From NCBI RefSeq assembly GCF_030384885.1, contig NZ_CP128613.1: 64,000 bases of DNA. One strand, 5' to 3'. Source of the stretch: Escherichia coli. Lineage in GTDB: Bacteria; Pseudomonadota; Gammaproteobacteria; Enterobacterales; Enterobacteriaceae. Under the pieces are notes generated by a model. The model saw only the letters and a list, made by a program, of their open reading frames with translations. It made no database searches and was not told the origin of the DNA. Shown in pieces: positions 1-9,994 of this stretch. The translations under genes and the position numbers were made by a program. Every line of letters starts with the position of its first letter. Within the stretch, counting starts at the first letter, position 1.

Positions 1-256
1 CAATAACCCGCGTCATCCGTACACCCAGGCGCTACTCTCCGCAACGCCGCGCCTGAACCCGGACGATCGCCGCGAGCGCATTAAGCTCACCGGTGAACTG
101 CCAAGCCCGCTCAATCCACCGCCGGGCTGCGCGTTTAACGCCCGCTGTCGTCGGCGCTTCGGCCCCTGCACCCAGTTGCAGCCGCAGCTAAAAGACTACG
201 GCGGTCAACTGGTAGCTTGTTTTGCTGTTGATCAGGATGAAAATCCGCAGCGGTAA
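1..256 (+). CDS. dppF: Dipeptide ABC transporter ATP-binding protein DppF, C-terminal fragment (5' end outside window)
   Basis: Open frame from window edge ending at TAA 254-256; position convergent with yhjV matches known dpp-yhjV neighbourhood; C-terminal peptide consistent with oligopeptide ABC ATPase tail. Confidence 0.75.
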   Translation, partial: NNPRHPYTQALLSATPRLNPDDRRERIKLTGELPSPLNPPPGCAFNARCRRRFGPCTQLQPQLKDYGGQLVACFAVDQDENPQR

Positions 257-285
257 CTCACAAAACCGGGGCCATGCGCTCCGGT

Positions 286-1557
286 TTACTCAATCAGCTT
301 CAACAGTGGCGACAAGCATAACAAAATGCCGTACAGCAGAATCATCCAGGCTTTAAACCCGCGAAGTTTTTCCAGTTGTGAGACTTTTGAGATCAGGAAA
401 AACGGAATGAGGCACGACACAATGCCATATAACGGGCTTCCCAACTGAAAGAACACCAGCACCGATACACGAAACGAAACCCAAATCGTCAACGTAATGA
501 CGATAAAAGCGCAGATCGCCAGAGTCAGCATACGTGAGTTAATTTTCTGGGTATCAATAATTCGGCTTAACAGATTGAGAATAATGCCTTTAATGGCCTC
601 GTGGAAACCGAGATAAATGCCAAAGAATGCGGTCAGTACGGCAAAGATATTCAGCACCGTAGAGGTGATATGAATGATATGCCCAGGGATCACCTGCGCG
701 GCCAGTGCCAGTGCCGAGATATTTTGTTCAAAGGCAGAAACGGCTTCTTCGTGGCTAATTGAGAAGGTAAACGAAAAGGCAAAAAACAGGATCACCGCGA
801 TGAGCGTGACATAACTAATTCGGTGGGTGCGCAGCGCGAGCCGGGTTGCCAGTACTTTATCCGCTTCCCGTTTACGATAGGCAATATTCATTGGGTTAAG
901 TACCTGAATAAATACCGCAGAAAAGAAGCAAAAGGGAATGGTAAGCAGGACATCGCGGAAAAAGACGGAGGCTTGCGGGAAGGCGGTTATATTGGCGAAA
1001 TTCCAGTGCGGGATCATCGCAAAACCGAACACGACGATAATCCCTACTTTGACCACCACCATTGGCCCGGAAATCTTAAACAGTAATCGTTCACCACCAG
1101 ACGCAATTGCCACCAGTACGGCGAAAATGGCGACTTTATAAAGTAGAGATTGTGAAAGATCGGCATCGGTTAAACCGAAGGTTTTCAGGTACGAGGCGCT
1201 GTCGAAAACCACGGAGAGAGAGTAGATAAAAATCCCGTGGATAATCATCAAAAAGTAGATAACCCCGAGGAAAATTCCCCAGTTCTTCCCCAGGTAATGA
1301 CTGATAATATCGGTGTAGTCATTACAGGAATCGCTTTCAGAAAGGGTTTTTAAATAAATGTCCTGCACTACCCAGGTGGCAGGATAAGCAATGATCGCTG
1401 CGGTAATAAATACCCAAATTCCCTTCAAGCCAATTTGTACTGGCATCAGCACGGTTCCGGCACCAATCGCCATGCCTATGCATAATAAAACCCAGCCGAA
1501 GTCGTAGCGTGTAAACGGCATTTTCTGATCGTGTTTCGGTAGTGTGTTGTGCTGCAT
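286..1557 (-). CDS. yhjV: Inner-membrane transporter YhjV (HAAAP-family amino-acid permease-like), 423 aa
   Basis: ORF track 286..1620; start trimmed to internal ATG ([15 protein letters not shown]...) to give the 423-aa product; highly hydrophobic multi-TM sequence. Confidence 0.85.
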   Translation of the reverse strand: MQHNTLPKHDQKMPFTRYDFGWVLLCIGMAIGAGTVLMPVQIGLKGIWVFITAAIIAYPATWVVQDIYLKTLSESDSCNDYTDIISHYLGKNWGIFLGVIYFLMIIHGIFIYSLSVVFDSASYLKTFGLTDADLSQSLLYKVAIFAVLVAIASGGERLLFKISGPMVVVKVGIIVVFGFAMIPHWNFANITAFPQASVFFRDVLLTIPFCFFSAVFIQVLNPMNIAYRKREADKVLATRLALRTHRISYVTLIAVILFFAFSFTFSISHEEAVSAFEQNISALALAAQVIPGHIIHITSTVLNIFAVLTAFFGIYLGFHEAIKGIILNLLSRIIDTQKINSRMLTLAICAFIVITLTIWVSFRVSVLVFFQLGSPLYGIVSCLIPFFLISKVSQLEKLRGFKAWMILLYGILLCLSPLLKLIE

Positions 1558-1915
1558 AAAGTCCTGTCCAGAAAGAAGTCGGCCTCGCAAAAATGAATAA
1601 ACCCAGTTTCTCTTGCGCAACAGGTGGAGAAGTCGAATACGCAGTATGTAAAAAATGAGGCAACAGATTCACTGGGGAGGTCGCGAGGAGGCGCAATTCT
1701 ACAAAATTGCGCATTTCACTACCAGTCTGGAGTCAGCCCGGATATGAACTGCAACTATTGCAAATAAAGAAATTAAGCTGGAAGGCATCACGCAATGAGG
1801 AAGATTGCCGGGTGCTGACGGTAAAAAGCAATCGTAAAAGCAGCGGCAAGCCGGAAAGGTTCCGGTGAGGCGCAATGTTGCGAGGGCTTAATCCCTGGTG
1901 GCATTGGTTGCTGGA

Positions 1916-1984
1916 GAGAGAAAACCCCCGCACGTTGCAGATATTCACCTGACAACATCACGGGGGCTAATCTTGAACCTAGAC
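1916..1984 (-). ncRNA. rdlD: Rdl-type antisense sRNA (antitoxin of Ldr), copy 1; ends approximate
   Basis: Minus-strand sequence 'GTCTAGGTTCAAGATTAGCCCCCGTGATGTTGTCAGGTG...CTGCAACGTGCGGGGGTTTTCTCTC' matches recalled Rdl RNA; lies antisense in ldr 5' leader. Confidence 0.5.
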
Positions 1985-2032
1985 CACTCAAGAATAGCCG
2001 CGAAACGTTGTCATTACAACACAGGCGGCTAT

Positions 2033-2140
2033 ATGACGCTCGCAGAACTGGGCATGGCCTTCTGGCATGATTTAGCGGCTCCGGTCATTGCTGGCATTCT
2101 TGCCAGCATGATCGTGAACTGGCTGAATAAGCGGAAGTAA
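2033..2140 (+). CDS. ldrD: Type I toxin Ldr (35 aa, MTLAELGMAFWHDLAAPVIAGILASMIVNWLNKRK), copy 1
   Basis: 35-codon ORF at C-terminus of track ORF 1898..2140; sequence matches Ldr family small hydrophobic toxin; followed by hairpin+T-run. Confidence 0.8.
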   Translation: MTLAELGMAFWHDLAAPVIAGILASMIVNWLNKRK

Positions 2141-2190
2141 CGTGTCAGACGGGCGTCAGGCTGCCGTAATGGCAATTTGCGCCCGGACCA

Positions 2191-2222
2191 GGCCGCAGGG
2201 ATAAAACTCTGCGGCCTTTTTC
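2191..2222 (+). terminator. Rho-independent terminator of ldr copy 1
   Basis: GC stem ggccgcag / ctgcggcc followed by TTTTT. Confidence 0.6.
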
Positions 2223-2396
2223 GTAAGAAAAATGCAACGGTTGCAAGCGGATAATATTCTGCGGAATGCGCAGCACAGAGTGAAGAAGTGATGGATTCCG
2301 GAACAGAAAAACAGTCGTAGAATCAGCGGCAAGCCGGAAGGGTTCCGGTGAGGCGCAATGTTGCGGGGGCTTAATCCCTGGTGGCATTGGTTGCTG

Positions 2397-2465
2397 GAGA
2401 GAGAAAACCCCCGCACGTTGCAGGTATGCACCTGACAACATCACGGGGGCTAATCTTGAACCCAA
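2397..2465 (-). ncRNA. rdlD: Rdl-type antisense sRNA, copy 2; ends approximate
   Basis: Second copy of the Rdl-like sequence (GCATACCTGCAACGTGCGGGGGTTTTCTCTC on minus strand). Confidence 0.5.
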
Positions 2466-2515
2466 ACAACTCAAGAATAGCCGCGAAACGTTGTCATTAC
2501 AACAGAGGCGGCTAT

Positions 2516-2623
2516 ATGACGCTCGCAGAACTGGGCATGGCCTTCTGGCATGATTTAGCGGCTCCGGTCATTGCTGGCATTCTTGCCAGTCTGATCGTGA
2601 ACTCGCTGAATAAGCGGAAGTAA
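2516..2623 (+). CDS. ldrD: Type I toxin Ldr (35 aa), copy 2 (differs at 2 residues from copy 1)
   Basis: MTLAELGMAFWHDLAAPVIAGILASLIVNSLNKRK at C-terminus of track ORF 2381..2623. Confidence 0.8.
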   Translation: MTLAELGMAFWHDLAAPVIAGILASLIVNSLNKRK

Positions 2624-2673
2624 CGTGTCATGCGGGCGTCAGGCTGCCGTAATGGCAATTTGCGCCCGGATCA

Positions 2674-2705
2674 GGCCGCAGGGGTGAAACTCTGCGGCCT
2701 TTTTC
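2674..2705 (+). terminator. Rho-independent terminator of ldr copy 2 (possibly bidirectional with bcsG end)
   Basis: ggccgcag...ctgcggcc hairpin followed by T-run, 5 nt from bcsG stop. Confidence 0.55.
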
Positions 2706-2709
2706 GTTC

Positions 2710-4389
2710 TTATTGCGGGTAAGGCACCCAGTCGCCGCCGTTCAGGCGAACGTACGGTTTATCCTGGTATTGAATAACTACTGCATTTGAGTTCTCGGAG
2801 ACCGGTGCTGTTTGTGGCAACCCACTGGTGAGTTTTTTCCAGTCAACATTGTCTTCGGTGAAAATCTTACCATCAAGAACGCGAACCACCAGATCGGAGA
2901 TAGCCAGGAAGCTGCTCGGTTGGTTGATGACAATCGGTGCCCCCTGATGTGGTGCCTTCATGCCGAAGAATTTCACCCCAACGGGGACGTCTGTGATAGA
3001 CGGGCTAGGGATATCACGTAGGCCAGATACCTGCATTCTGTCGCCCTTCAGCGCGCCACCGTGTTCCGGCACCACTACCACCATCACTTTACGACCCGAT
3101 TTCTCCAGTTCAGTAAAGAAGGCGTCCAGCTCATCAAAGAATTTCTGCGCTCGCGCTTTGTAATCCGCTGTTTTGCTGACGCCCGGATAATGGTTGCCGT
3201 CATGCAGTGGAAGCGTGTTGTAGAACGTGGCACTACGGCTGTTTTTATCTTTTTCGGTAACGTCCAGCCAGCGGTTAAGCACGGCGGTATCGTCATAAAC
3301 CGGCGAACCATCAAAGCCCAACAAAATAACCGGCAGATTTGTTTGATCCATCAATTCGGTCTGCATGCCGCCATTTTCGCGAACTTCTTTCAAAAAACCG
3401 CCGAACTGGCCGTTATGTCCCATCATCAGGTGCTGGGTAAAGCCCAGTTTCGACAGGTTATCAAACAGATAGCAGTCGTTATTTGCCGGTTGATACAGAT
3501 TAGTGTGCGAAGTCTGCCCGCAGCTGGCGCGCAGTAAACGGATCGCTGCCGGGCCACTGTAGGAGGTGGCGGAGTTAAAGTTCTTGAACTCAATATCGAA
3601 ATGCGACCACAGCGGATGCGACATCAACCCGGCGGCTTCAATATCCGACCAGGAAAGCGAACAGATATTAATCACCAGTAGTTCAAATGGCTGAGCATCA
3701 GCGGGCAGCGAAGACGGGAAGGTCGATTTACGTTTCGCCTCCGCGTTATAGAAATTATTCAGCCAGGCGTTAAGGTTCGCCGTTGTTGGCGGTGCAGTTT
3801 GTGCGGGCATATCACCCACTACCGGTGCGCCACCCGTCGCCGCAACGGTTGCCGCTGCGTTACCACCCGTCGTTGTTACAGTGGTCGTCGGTTGACCGGC
3901 AGGCCACAAGGAGAAACTTGGTCCCGCCAGGGTAAGTACGTTCAGCCATAGCAGAATGGCAACCACAAAAACGGTAATGCGAATCCATTGTGATAGGAAT
4001 AACCAGGCCACTAATAAAACAAAAATGGCCCCAATCATCTGCCAGTTAATAAAGCGTGTGACAAGGTCGATTAAATAATCGGTACTGAACCCCGCCACCT
4101 GCGAACCCTGGCTCATTATGCTTTCCGGGCCAGGCAACCAGGTGTCATGCCAGAACAAAGCAAAGCCGATCGGCAGGGCAATCCAGTGGCGTAAGCGATG
4201 CAGGCTGTAGCGCGGAATGGGCATCAGCAGAAACGCGGCAAACACCAGATTGAGGAGCGGATGGAAGTTAAGATATCCCGCCCACAACAGGCCGAACTTA
4301 ACCAGAAAATAGAAGTTCCAGCCGGAAAGGCCGCGCCAGTATTGCCAGAGGGAAGAAGGCATGGCGGTATTTTGCGTAAATTGAGTCAT
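2710..4389 (-). CDS. bcsG: Cellulose phosphoethanolamine transferase BcsG (559 aa)
   Basis: ORF track; N-terminal TM helices plus alkaline-phosphatase-like periplasmic domain; size and position (bcsEFG operon) match. Confidence 0.9.
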
Positions 4390-4577
4390 TTTTTGGTTGC
4401 CCTGGCTTTTTCCGTGCGGCGTAACGTCCCGGCCGGTTTAACATAACGAGGTTTAGCAAAGAACAAACGTAAGGTGTCGCGAATGCGTCGCAAAGAGTGC
4501 CGCGCCAGATAGCCCAGCGGGAAAAATATCAGTGCGCAAACGACAATAATTTCAATGATATCGCTGATGGTCATCAT
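4386..4577 (-). CDS. bcsF: Cellulose biosynthesis small membrane protein BcsF (63 aa)
   Basis: 63-aa ORF overlapping bcsG start by 4 nt and bcsE stop by 4 nt (translational coupling); single TM helix. Confidence 0.85.
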
Positions 4578-6145
4578 GATGAGCGCTCCACAGTATCATC
4601 TAACAGTCGCATTGGTTCTGGTATTCTTCGCCAGTGGCGACCATCGTGCTCGGCATTGATGACCGGTTTAGAACTTTGCGTTAAAGGCAGCGGCATGCCC
4701 CATTGTTCTGGAGCAAGCAGGCGCATCTGCACCAGCTCGGCACTGATTTGATCATCTTCAAACCAGACCATACGGTTTGAGAAAATGTCGCCAGTCGGCA
4801 ATGGGAAAATATGATTCAACGCGGTATCCAGATCGTTAATCCGACAGAATGAGAGAAACAGCACCAGCCGATTACCGCCAATGGTCATGATATCGCCGGT
4901 ACGGTTAGGGCGACACAGCGTCAGGGCTTGCTCAACGCGGATACCCGGTACCGGACGTAGGGCAACCAGAACGCCTTTACCATGTGCAGGCAAGAGAGGG
5001 TTATTCATCATGTTGTTAACGGCATTACAGAACACATCCCACTTCTGGAAACCACGTAGTTTGAGCGGCTGGGTCATTGACAGCAAGGTAGTGATATCTT
5101 CCGGCACATAGCGACTAAACTTCTGCCCTTGCACGCTTTCGATCATCGTCAGACAGCGGGAGAGTGGCGCATTCCACGGGATAACCATATTTGCACCGCA
5201 GGCCAATAACAAACGTTCATCGGTGGCGCGCAAGCTTGCGGTATTTTCCCGTACGAGGATTTTCATCGCACTACCGCGCTGGCGACGCAGAGTATGAATG
5301 CTGCGGGCCAGTGGCTCGATTTGCGCATTTTGCTGTAAAGAAAAGACCACCGTTGCCGCCTGAGCGGTACGGGCTTCATTGAACAGAATTTCGTTATTGT
5401 TGAACAGTTGCCAGTGTTCCGATAGCGGCGGCGCACCTTCCAGTACAGCAACATTACTCAGAATGCGTTTTTCGTCGCTGCGTGGTTGGATCTCCGCCTC
5501 TTCGCTTTGAACTAATGTCCAGATACCTTTTTGTTGCTGAACGCTAAGCTGCTGACGGGCGCTGACCCCTTTTTCGTTGCACCAGAAGGCAATATCCAGC
5601 AAATGTTGGTCGCCCTGAAAACGCAAACTGGCAAGACCAAAAAGTGAACGGTATTCCTCAAGCAACAATGAAAATTGTTTATCGTTATTATTTCCGGGAT
5701 TAATTACCAAAAGCGAACAATGGTTTAACCTGCTCCATTTATTCATTTTATCCAACCATGAGCGAAGCCGCTCGGCAGGAATGTTTTGCCATGCGTTATT
5801 TGCGCAAACAAGAATAAAAAGGTAATTATTGGGAACAATAGAACACTGCAAATCACGGGCCAAATAGTATAGACCTTTTTCATGATTTAGCATTGAAAAT
5901 AATTTTATTTTTTCCGGCCCTTGAGAATCATCTAATTGAAAGATTTTCGCCGGATCGCTGTCCATGCTAATGACCGCGACGTGTGCGGTTTCAGCCTGGG
6001 ATGCAATTGTTTGATTCGCCAGACTGATAGCATCTTCATGGCGATCGACGTTAAACCACCAGACGCCGCCTGCTGGCATATGTCGCAGCTCATCCCATAA
6101 TGATGAGATACCGATAGAGAATACAGGGTCCACAATGTCCCTCAT
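4574..6145 (-). CDS. bcsE: c-di-GMP-binding cellulose biosynthesis protein BcsE (523 aa)
   Basis: ORF track 523 aa; first gene of bcsEFG, divergent from bcsR. Confidence 0.9.
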
Positions 6146-6416
6146 GTCACCATTTTGTCTGATTATCAGTTTACTAGCGAAAGCTAAGAAATAAACCTAC
6201 CATTGAAATTAAAACTTATCAGATTTAGCATGTGAATCAATTTAGCAGGTCACAAGACGTGTGATTTTAGTCTTTTCGTTTTTAACTTTTTTTGTTGCGT
6301 AACGGAAAGTCAAAAAGTGAGCAAATTCCCGTCTCGCCGTAAACAATAAACCGGCGAAATGCTCACGGTTAGAATTGTCTCATGAACGGTGCGGTTATTT
6401 CATAGGGATCAAGCAA

Positions 6417-6605
6417 ATGAATAACAATGAACCAGATACTCTGCCTGATCCCGCGATAGGCTATATCTTCCAGAATGATATTTTGGCGTTAAAGCAGGCG
6501 TTTTCACTGCCTGATATTGATTATGCCGATATTTCCCAACGCGAACAGTTGGCCGCGGCATTAAAACGCTGGCCGTTGCTGGCAGAGTTTGCGCAACAAA
6601 AGTAG
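6417..6605 (+). CDS. bcsR: Cellulose biosynthesis protein BcsR (62 aa)
   Basis: ATG at 6417 inside track ORF 6375..6605 (MNNNEPDTLPDP...); immediately upstream of bcsQ. Confidence 0.8.
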   Translation: MNNNEPDTLPDPAIGYIFQNDILALKQAFSLPDIDYADISQREQLAAALKRWPLLAEFAQQK

Positions 6606-6616
6606 GGGATTGGTGA

Positions 6617-7369
6617 ATGGCCGTACTGGGATTGCAGGGGGTGCGGGGAGGCGTGGGAACAACAACCATCACTGCCGCATTAGCCTGGTCATTACAAATG
6701 TTGGGAGAAGATGTCCTGGTGGTCGATGCCTGCCCGGACAACTTGTTGCGCCTGTCATTTAACGTTGATTTTACCCACCGTCAGGGCTGGGCCAGAGCCA
6801 TGCTGGACGGTCAGGACTGGCGTGACGCCGGGTTGCGCTATACCTCGCAACTCGATTTGCTGCCTTTTGGTCAGTTATCCATTGAAGAACAAGAAAATCC
6901 ACAGCACTGGCAAACCCGGCTGAGCGATATTTGCTCCGGCTTACAGCAACTAAAAGCCAGCGGGCGTTACCAGTGGATTTTAATCGACTTACCGCGTGAT
7001 GCCTCGCAGATAACCCACCAGCTGCTGAGTTTGTGCGATCACTCGCTGGCAATCGTCAATGTGGATGCCAACTGCCATATCCGGCTGCATCAGCAGGCGC
7101 TGCCGGATGGCGCGCATATTTTGATTAATGACTTCCGCATTGGCAGTCAGGTTCAGGACGATATTTACCAGCTTTGGTTGCAAAGCCAGCGCCGATTACT
7201 GCCAATGCTCATTCATCGTGATGAAGCGATGGCTCAATGCCTGGCGGCTAAGCAACCAGTCGGTGAATACCGCAGTGATGCGCTGGCGGCTGAAGAGATA
7301 CTGACGCTGGCTAACTGGTGCCTGTTGAACTATTCCGGGCTGAAAACGCCAGTCGGGAGTGCATCATGA
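6617..7369 (+). CDS. bcsQ: Cellulose synthase operon protein BcsQ (ParA/MinD-like ATPase), intact 250 aa
   Basis: Full-length ORF; codon 6 is TTG (Leu), not the TAG stop found in K-12. Confidence 0.9.
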   Translation: MAVLGLQGVRGGVGTTTITAALAWSLQMLGEDVLVVDACPDNLLRLSFNVDFTHRQGWARAMLDGQDWRDAGLRYTSQLDLLPFGQLSIEEQENPQHWQTRLSDICSGLQQLKASGRYQWILIDLPRDASQITHQLLSLCDHSLAIVNVDANCHIRLHQQALPDGAHILINDFRIGSQVQDDIYQLWLQSQRRLLPMLIHRDEAMAQCLAAKQPVGEYRSDALAAEEILTLANWCLLNYSGLKTPVGSAS

Positions 7370-9984
7370 GTATCCTGACCCGGTGGTTGCTTATCCCGCC
7401 GGTCAACGCGCGGCTTATCGGGCGTTATCGCGATTATCGTCGTCACGGCGCGTCGGCTTTCAGCGCGACGCTCGGCTGTTTTTGGTTGATCCTGGCCTGG
7501 ATTTTTATTCCGCTGGAGCACCCGCGCTGGCAGCGTATTCGCGCAGAACATAAAAACCTGTATCCGCATATCAACGCCTCGCGTCCGCGTCCGCTGGACC
7601 CGGTCCGTTATCTCATTCAAACATGCTGGTTACTGATCGGTACATCGCGCAAAGAAACGCCGAAACCGCGCAGGCGGACATTTTCAGGTCTGCAGAATAT
7701 TCGTGGACGTTACCATCAATGGATGAACGAGCTGCCTGAGCGCGTTAGCCATAAAACACAGCATCTCGATGAGAAAAAAGAACTCGGCCATTTGAGCGCC
7801 GGGGCGCGGCGGTTGATCCTCGGTATCATCGTCACCTTCTCGCTGATTCTGGCGTTAATCTGCGTTACCCAGCCGTTTAACCCGCTGGCGCAGTTTATCT
7901 TCCTGATGCTGCTGTGGGGTGTAGCGCTGATCGTACGGCGGATGCCGGGGCGCTTCTCGGCGCTAATGTTGATTGTGCTGTCGCTGACCGTTTCTTGCCG
8001 TTATATCTGGTGGCGCTACACCTCTACGCTGAACTGGGACGATCCGGTCAGTCTGGTGTGCGGGCTTATACTGCTGTTCGCTGAAACGTACGCGTGGATT
8101 GTGCTGGTGCTCGGCTACTTCCAGGTGGTATGGCCGCTGAATCGTCAGCCAGTACCGTTGCCGAAAGATATGTCGCTGTGGCCGTCGGTAGATATCTTTG
8201 TCCCGACTTACAACGAAGATCTCAACGTGGTGAAAAATACGATTTACGCCTCGCTGGGTATCGACTGGCCGAAAGACAAGCTGAACATCTGGATCCTCGA
8301 TGACGGCGGCAGGGAAGAGTTTCGCCAGTTTGCACAAAACGTGGGGGTGAAATATATCGCCCGTACCACTCATGAACATGCGAAAGCAGGCAACATCAAC
8401 AATGCGCTGAAATATGCCAAAGGCGAGTTCGTGTCGATTTTCGACTGCGACCACGTGCCGACGCGCTCATTCCTGCAAATGACCATGGGCTGGTTCCTGA
8501 AAGAAAAACAGTTGGCGATGATGCAGACGCCGCACCACTTCTTCTCACCGGATCCGTTTGAACGTAACTTGGGGCGTTTTCGTAAAACGCCAAACGAAGG
8601 CACGCTGTTTTATGGTCTGGTGCAGGACGGCAATGATATGTGGGATGCCACTTTCTTCTGCGGTTCCTGTGCGGTGATTCGTCGTAAGCCGCTGGATGAG
8701 ATTGGCGGCATTGCTGTCGAAACGGTAACCGAAGATGCGCATACTTCTCTGCGTTTGCACCGTCGTGGCTACACCTCTGCATATATGCGTATTCCGCAGG
8801 CGGCGGGGCTGGCGACCGAAAGTCTGTCGGCGCATATCGGTCAGCGTATTCGCTGGGCGCGCGGGATGGTGCAAATCTTCCGTCTCGATAACCCGCTCAC
8901 CGGTAAAGGGCTGAAGTTTGCTCAGCGGCTGTGCTACGTCAACGCCATGTTCCATTTCTTGTCGGGCATTCCACGACTGATCTTTCTGACTGCGCCGCTG
9001 GCGTTCCTGCTGCTGCATGCCTACATCATCTACGCGCCTGCGTTAATGATCGCTCTGTTTGTGCTGCCGCATATGATTCACGCCAGCCTGACCAACTCGA
9101 AGATTCAGGGTAAATATCGCCACTCTTTCTGGAGCGAAATCTACGAAACGGTACTGGCGTGGTATATCGCACCACCGACGCTGGTGGCGCTGATTAACCC
9201 GCACAAAGGCAAATTTAACGTCACCGCCAAAGGTGGACTGGTGGAAGAAGAGTACGTCGACTGGGTGATCTCACGGCCCTACATTTTCCTGGTATTGCTC
9301 AACCTGGTCGGTATTGCGGTCGGTATCTGGCGTTACTTCTACGGCCCGCCAACCGAGATGCTCACTGTCATCGTCAGTATGGTGTGGGTGTTCTACAACC
9401 TGATTATTCTCGGTGGTGCGGTAGCGGTATCGGTAGAAAGCAAACAGGTTCGCCGATCGCACCGCGTGGAGATGACGATGCCCGCGGCAATTGCCCGCGA
9501 AGATGGTCACCTCTTCTCGTGTACCGTTCAGGATTTCTCCGACGGTGGTTTGGGGATCAAGATCAACGGTCAGGCACAGATTCTGGAAGGGCAGAAAGTG
9601 AATCTGTTGCTTAAACGCGGTCAGCAAGAATACGTCTTCCCGGCCCAGGTGGCGCGCGTGATGGGTAATGAAGTTGGGCTGAAATTAATGCCGCTCACCA
9701 CCCAGCAACATATCGATTTTGTGCAGTGTACGTTTGCCCGTGCGGATACATGGGCGCTCTGGCAGGACAGCTATCCGGAAGATAAGCCGCTGGAAAGTCT
9801 GCTGGATATTCTGAAGCTCGGCTTCCGTGGCTACCGCCATCTGGCGGAGTTTGCGCCTTCTTCGGTGAAGGGCATATTCCGTGTGCTGACTTCTCTGGTT
9901 TCCTGGGTTGTATCGTTTATTCCGCGCCGCCCGGCGCGGAGCGAAACGGCACAACCATCGGATCAGGCTTTGGCTCAACAATGA
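7366..9984 (+). CDS. bcsA: Cellulose synthase catalytic subunit BcsA (872 aa, GT2 + PilZ)
   Basis: ATG at 7366 (MSILTRWLL...) overlapping bcsQ stop (ATGA); GT2 motifs (DDG, DCD, QTPH, QRIRW) and C-terminal PilZ. Confidence 0.95.
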   Translation: MSILTRWLLIPPVNARLIGRYRDYRRHGASAFSATLGCFWLILAWIFIPLEHPRWQRIRAEHKNLYPHINASRPRPLDPVRYLIQTCWLLIGTSRKETPKPRRRTFSGLQNIRGRYHQWMNELPERVSHKTQHLDEKKELGHLSAGARRLILGIIVTFSLILALICVTQPFNPLAQFIFLMLLWGVALIVRRMPGRFSALMLIVLSLTVSCRYIWWRYTSTLNWDDPVSLVCGLILLFAETYAWIVLVLGYFQVVWPLNRQPVPLPKDMSLWPSVDIFVPTYNEDLNVVKNTIYASLGIDWPKDKLNIWILDDGGREEFRQFAQNVGVKYIARTTHEHAKAGNINNALKYAKGEFVSIFDCDHVPTRSFLQMTMGWFLKEKQLAMMQTPHHFFSPDPFERNLGRFRKTPNEGTLFYGLVQDGNDMWDATFFCGSCAVIRRKPLDEIGGIAVETVTEDAHTSLRLHRRGYTSAYMRIPQAAGLATESLSAHIGQRIRWARGMVQIFRLDNPLTGKGLKFAQRLCYVNAMFHFLSGIPRLIFLTAPLAFLLLHAYIIYAPALMIALFVLPHMIHASLTNSKIQGKYRHSFWSEIYETVLAWYIAPPTLVALINPHKGKFNVTAKGGLVEEEYVDWVISRPYIFLVLLNLVGIAVGIWRYFYGPPTEMLTVIVSMVWVFYNLIILGGAVAVSVESKQVRRSHRVEMTMPAAIAREDGHLFSCTVQDFSDGGLGIKINGQAQILEGQKVNLLLKRGQQEYVFPAQVARVMGNEVGLKLMPLTTQQHIDFVQCTFARADTWALWQDSYPEDKPLESLLDILKLGFRGYRHLAEFAPSSVKGIFRVLTSLVSWVVSFIPRRPARSETAQPSDQALAQQ

Positions 9985-9994
9985 TGATAACGCG

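Larger units (their letters stand above)
1838..2708. repeat. Tandem direct duplication (~483 bp unit, two copies) carrying ldr toxin gene plus antisense rdl
   Basis: Near-identical blocks at ~1838-2225 and ~2321-2708 (e.g. 'agcggcaagccgga...ggtggcattggttgctggagagagaaaacccccgcacgttgcag' in both); each contains a 35-codon ORF and a terminator hairpin. Confidence 0.85.

Noticed and set aside
1558-1620. N-terminal 21-aa extension of the yhjV ORF (444 aa in track)
   Set aside because: The internal ATG gives the expected 423-aa transporter; the extension has no RBS support.
1788-2474. Minus-strand ORFs 1788..1991 (67 aa), 2145..2474 (109 aa) and 2156..2431 (91 aa) with near-identical sequences
   Set aside because: They are frames read through the two tandem ldr/rdl repeat copies on the opposite strand. 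Their similarity comes from the DNA duplication, and the region is better explained by Ldr peptides and Rdl RNAs.
3061-3537. 158-aa + strand ORF inside bcsG
   Set aside because: Antisense to bcsG; no RBS or other support.
7963-9018. Several 128-163 aa minus-strand ORFs inside bcsA
   Set aside because: Antisense frames within a confidently identified gene.
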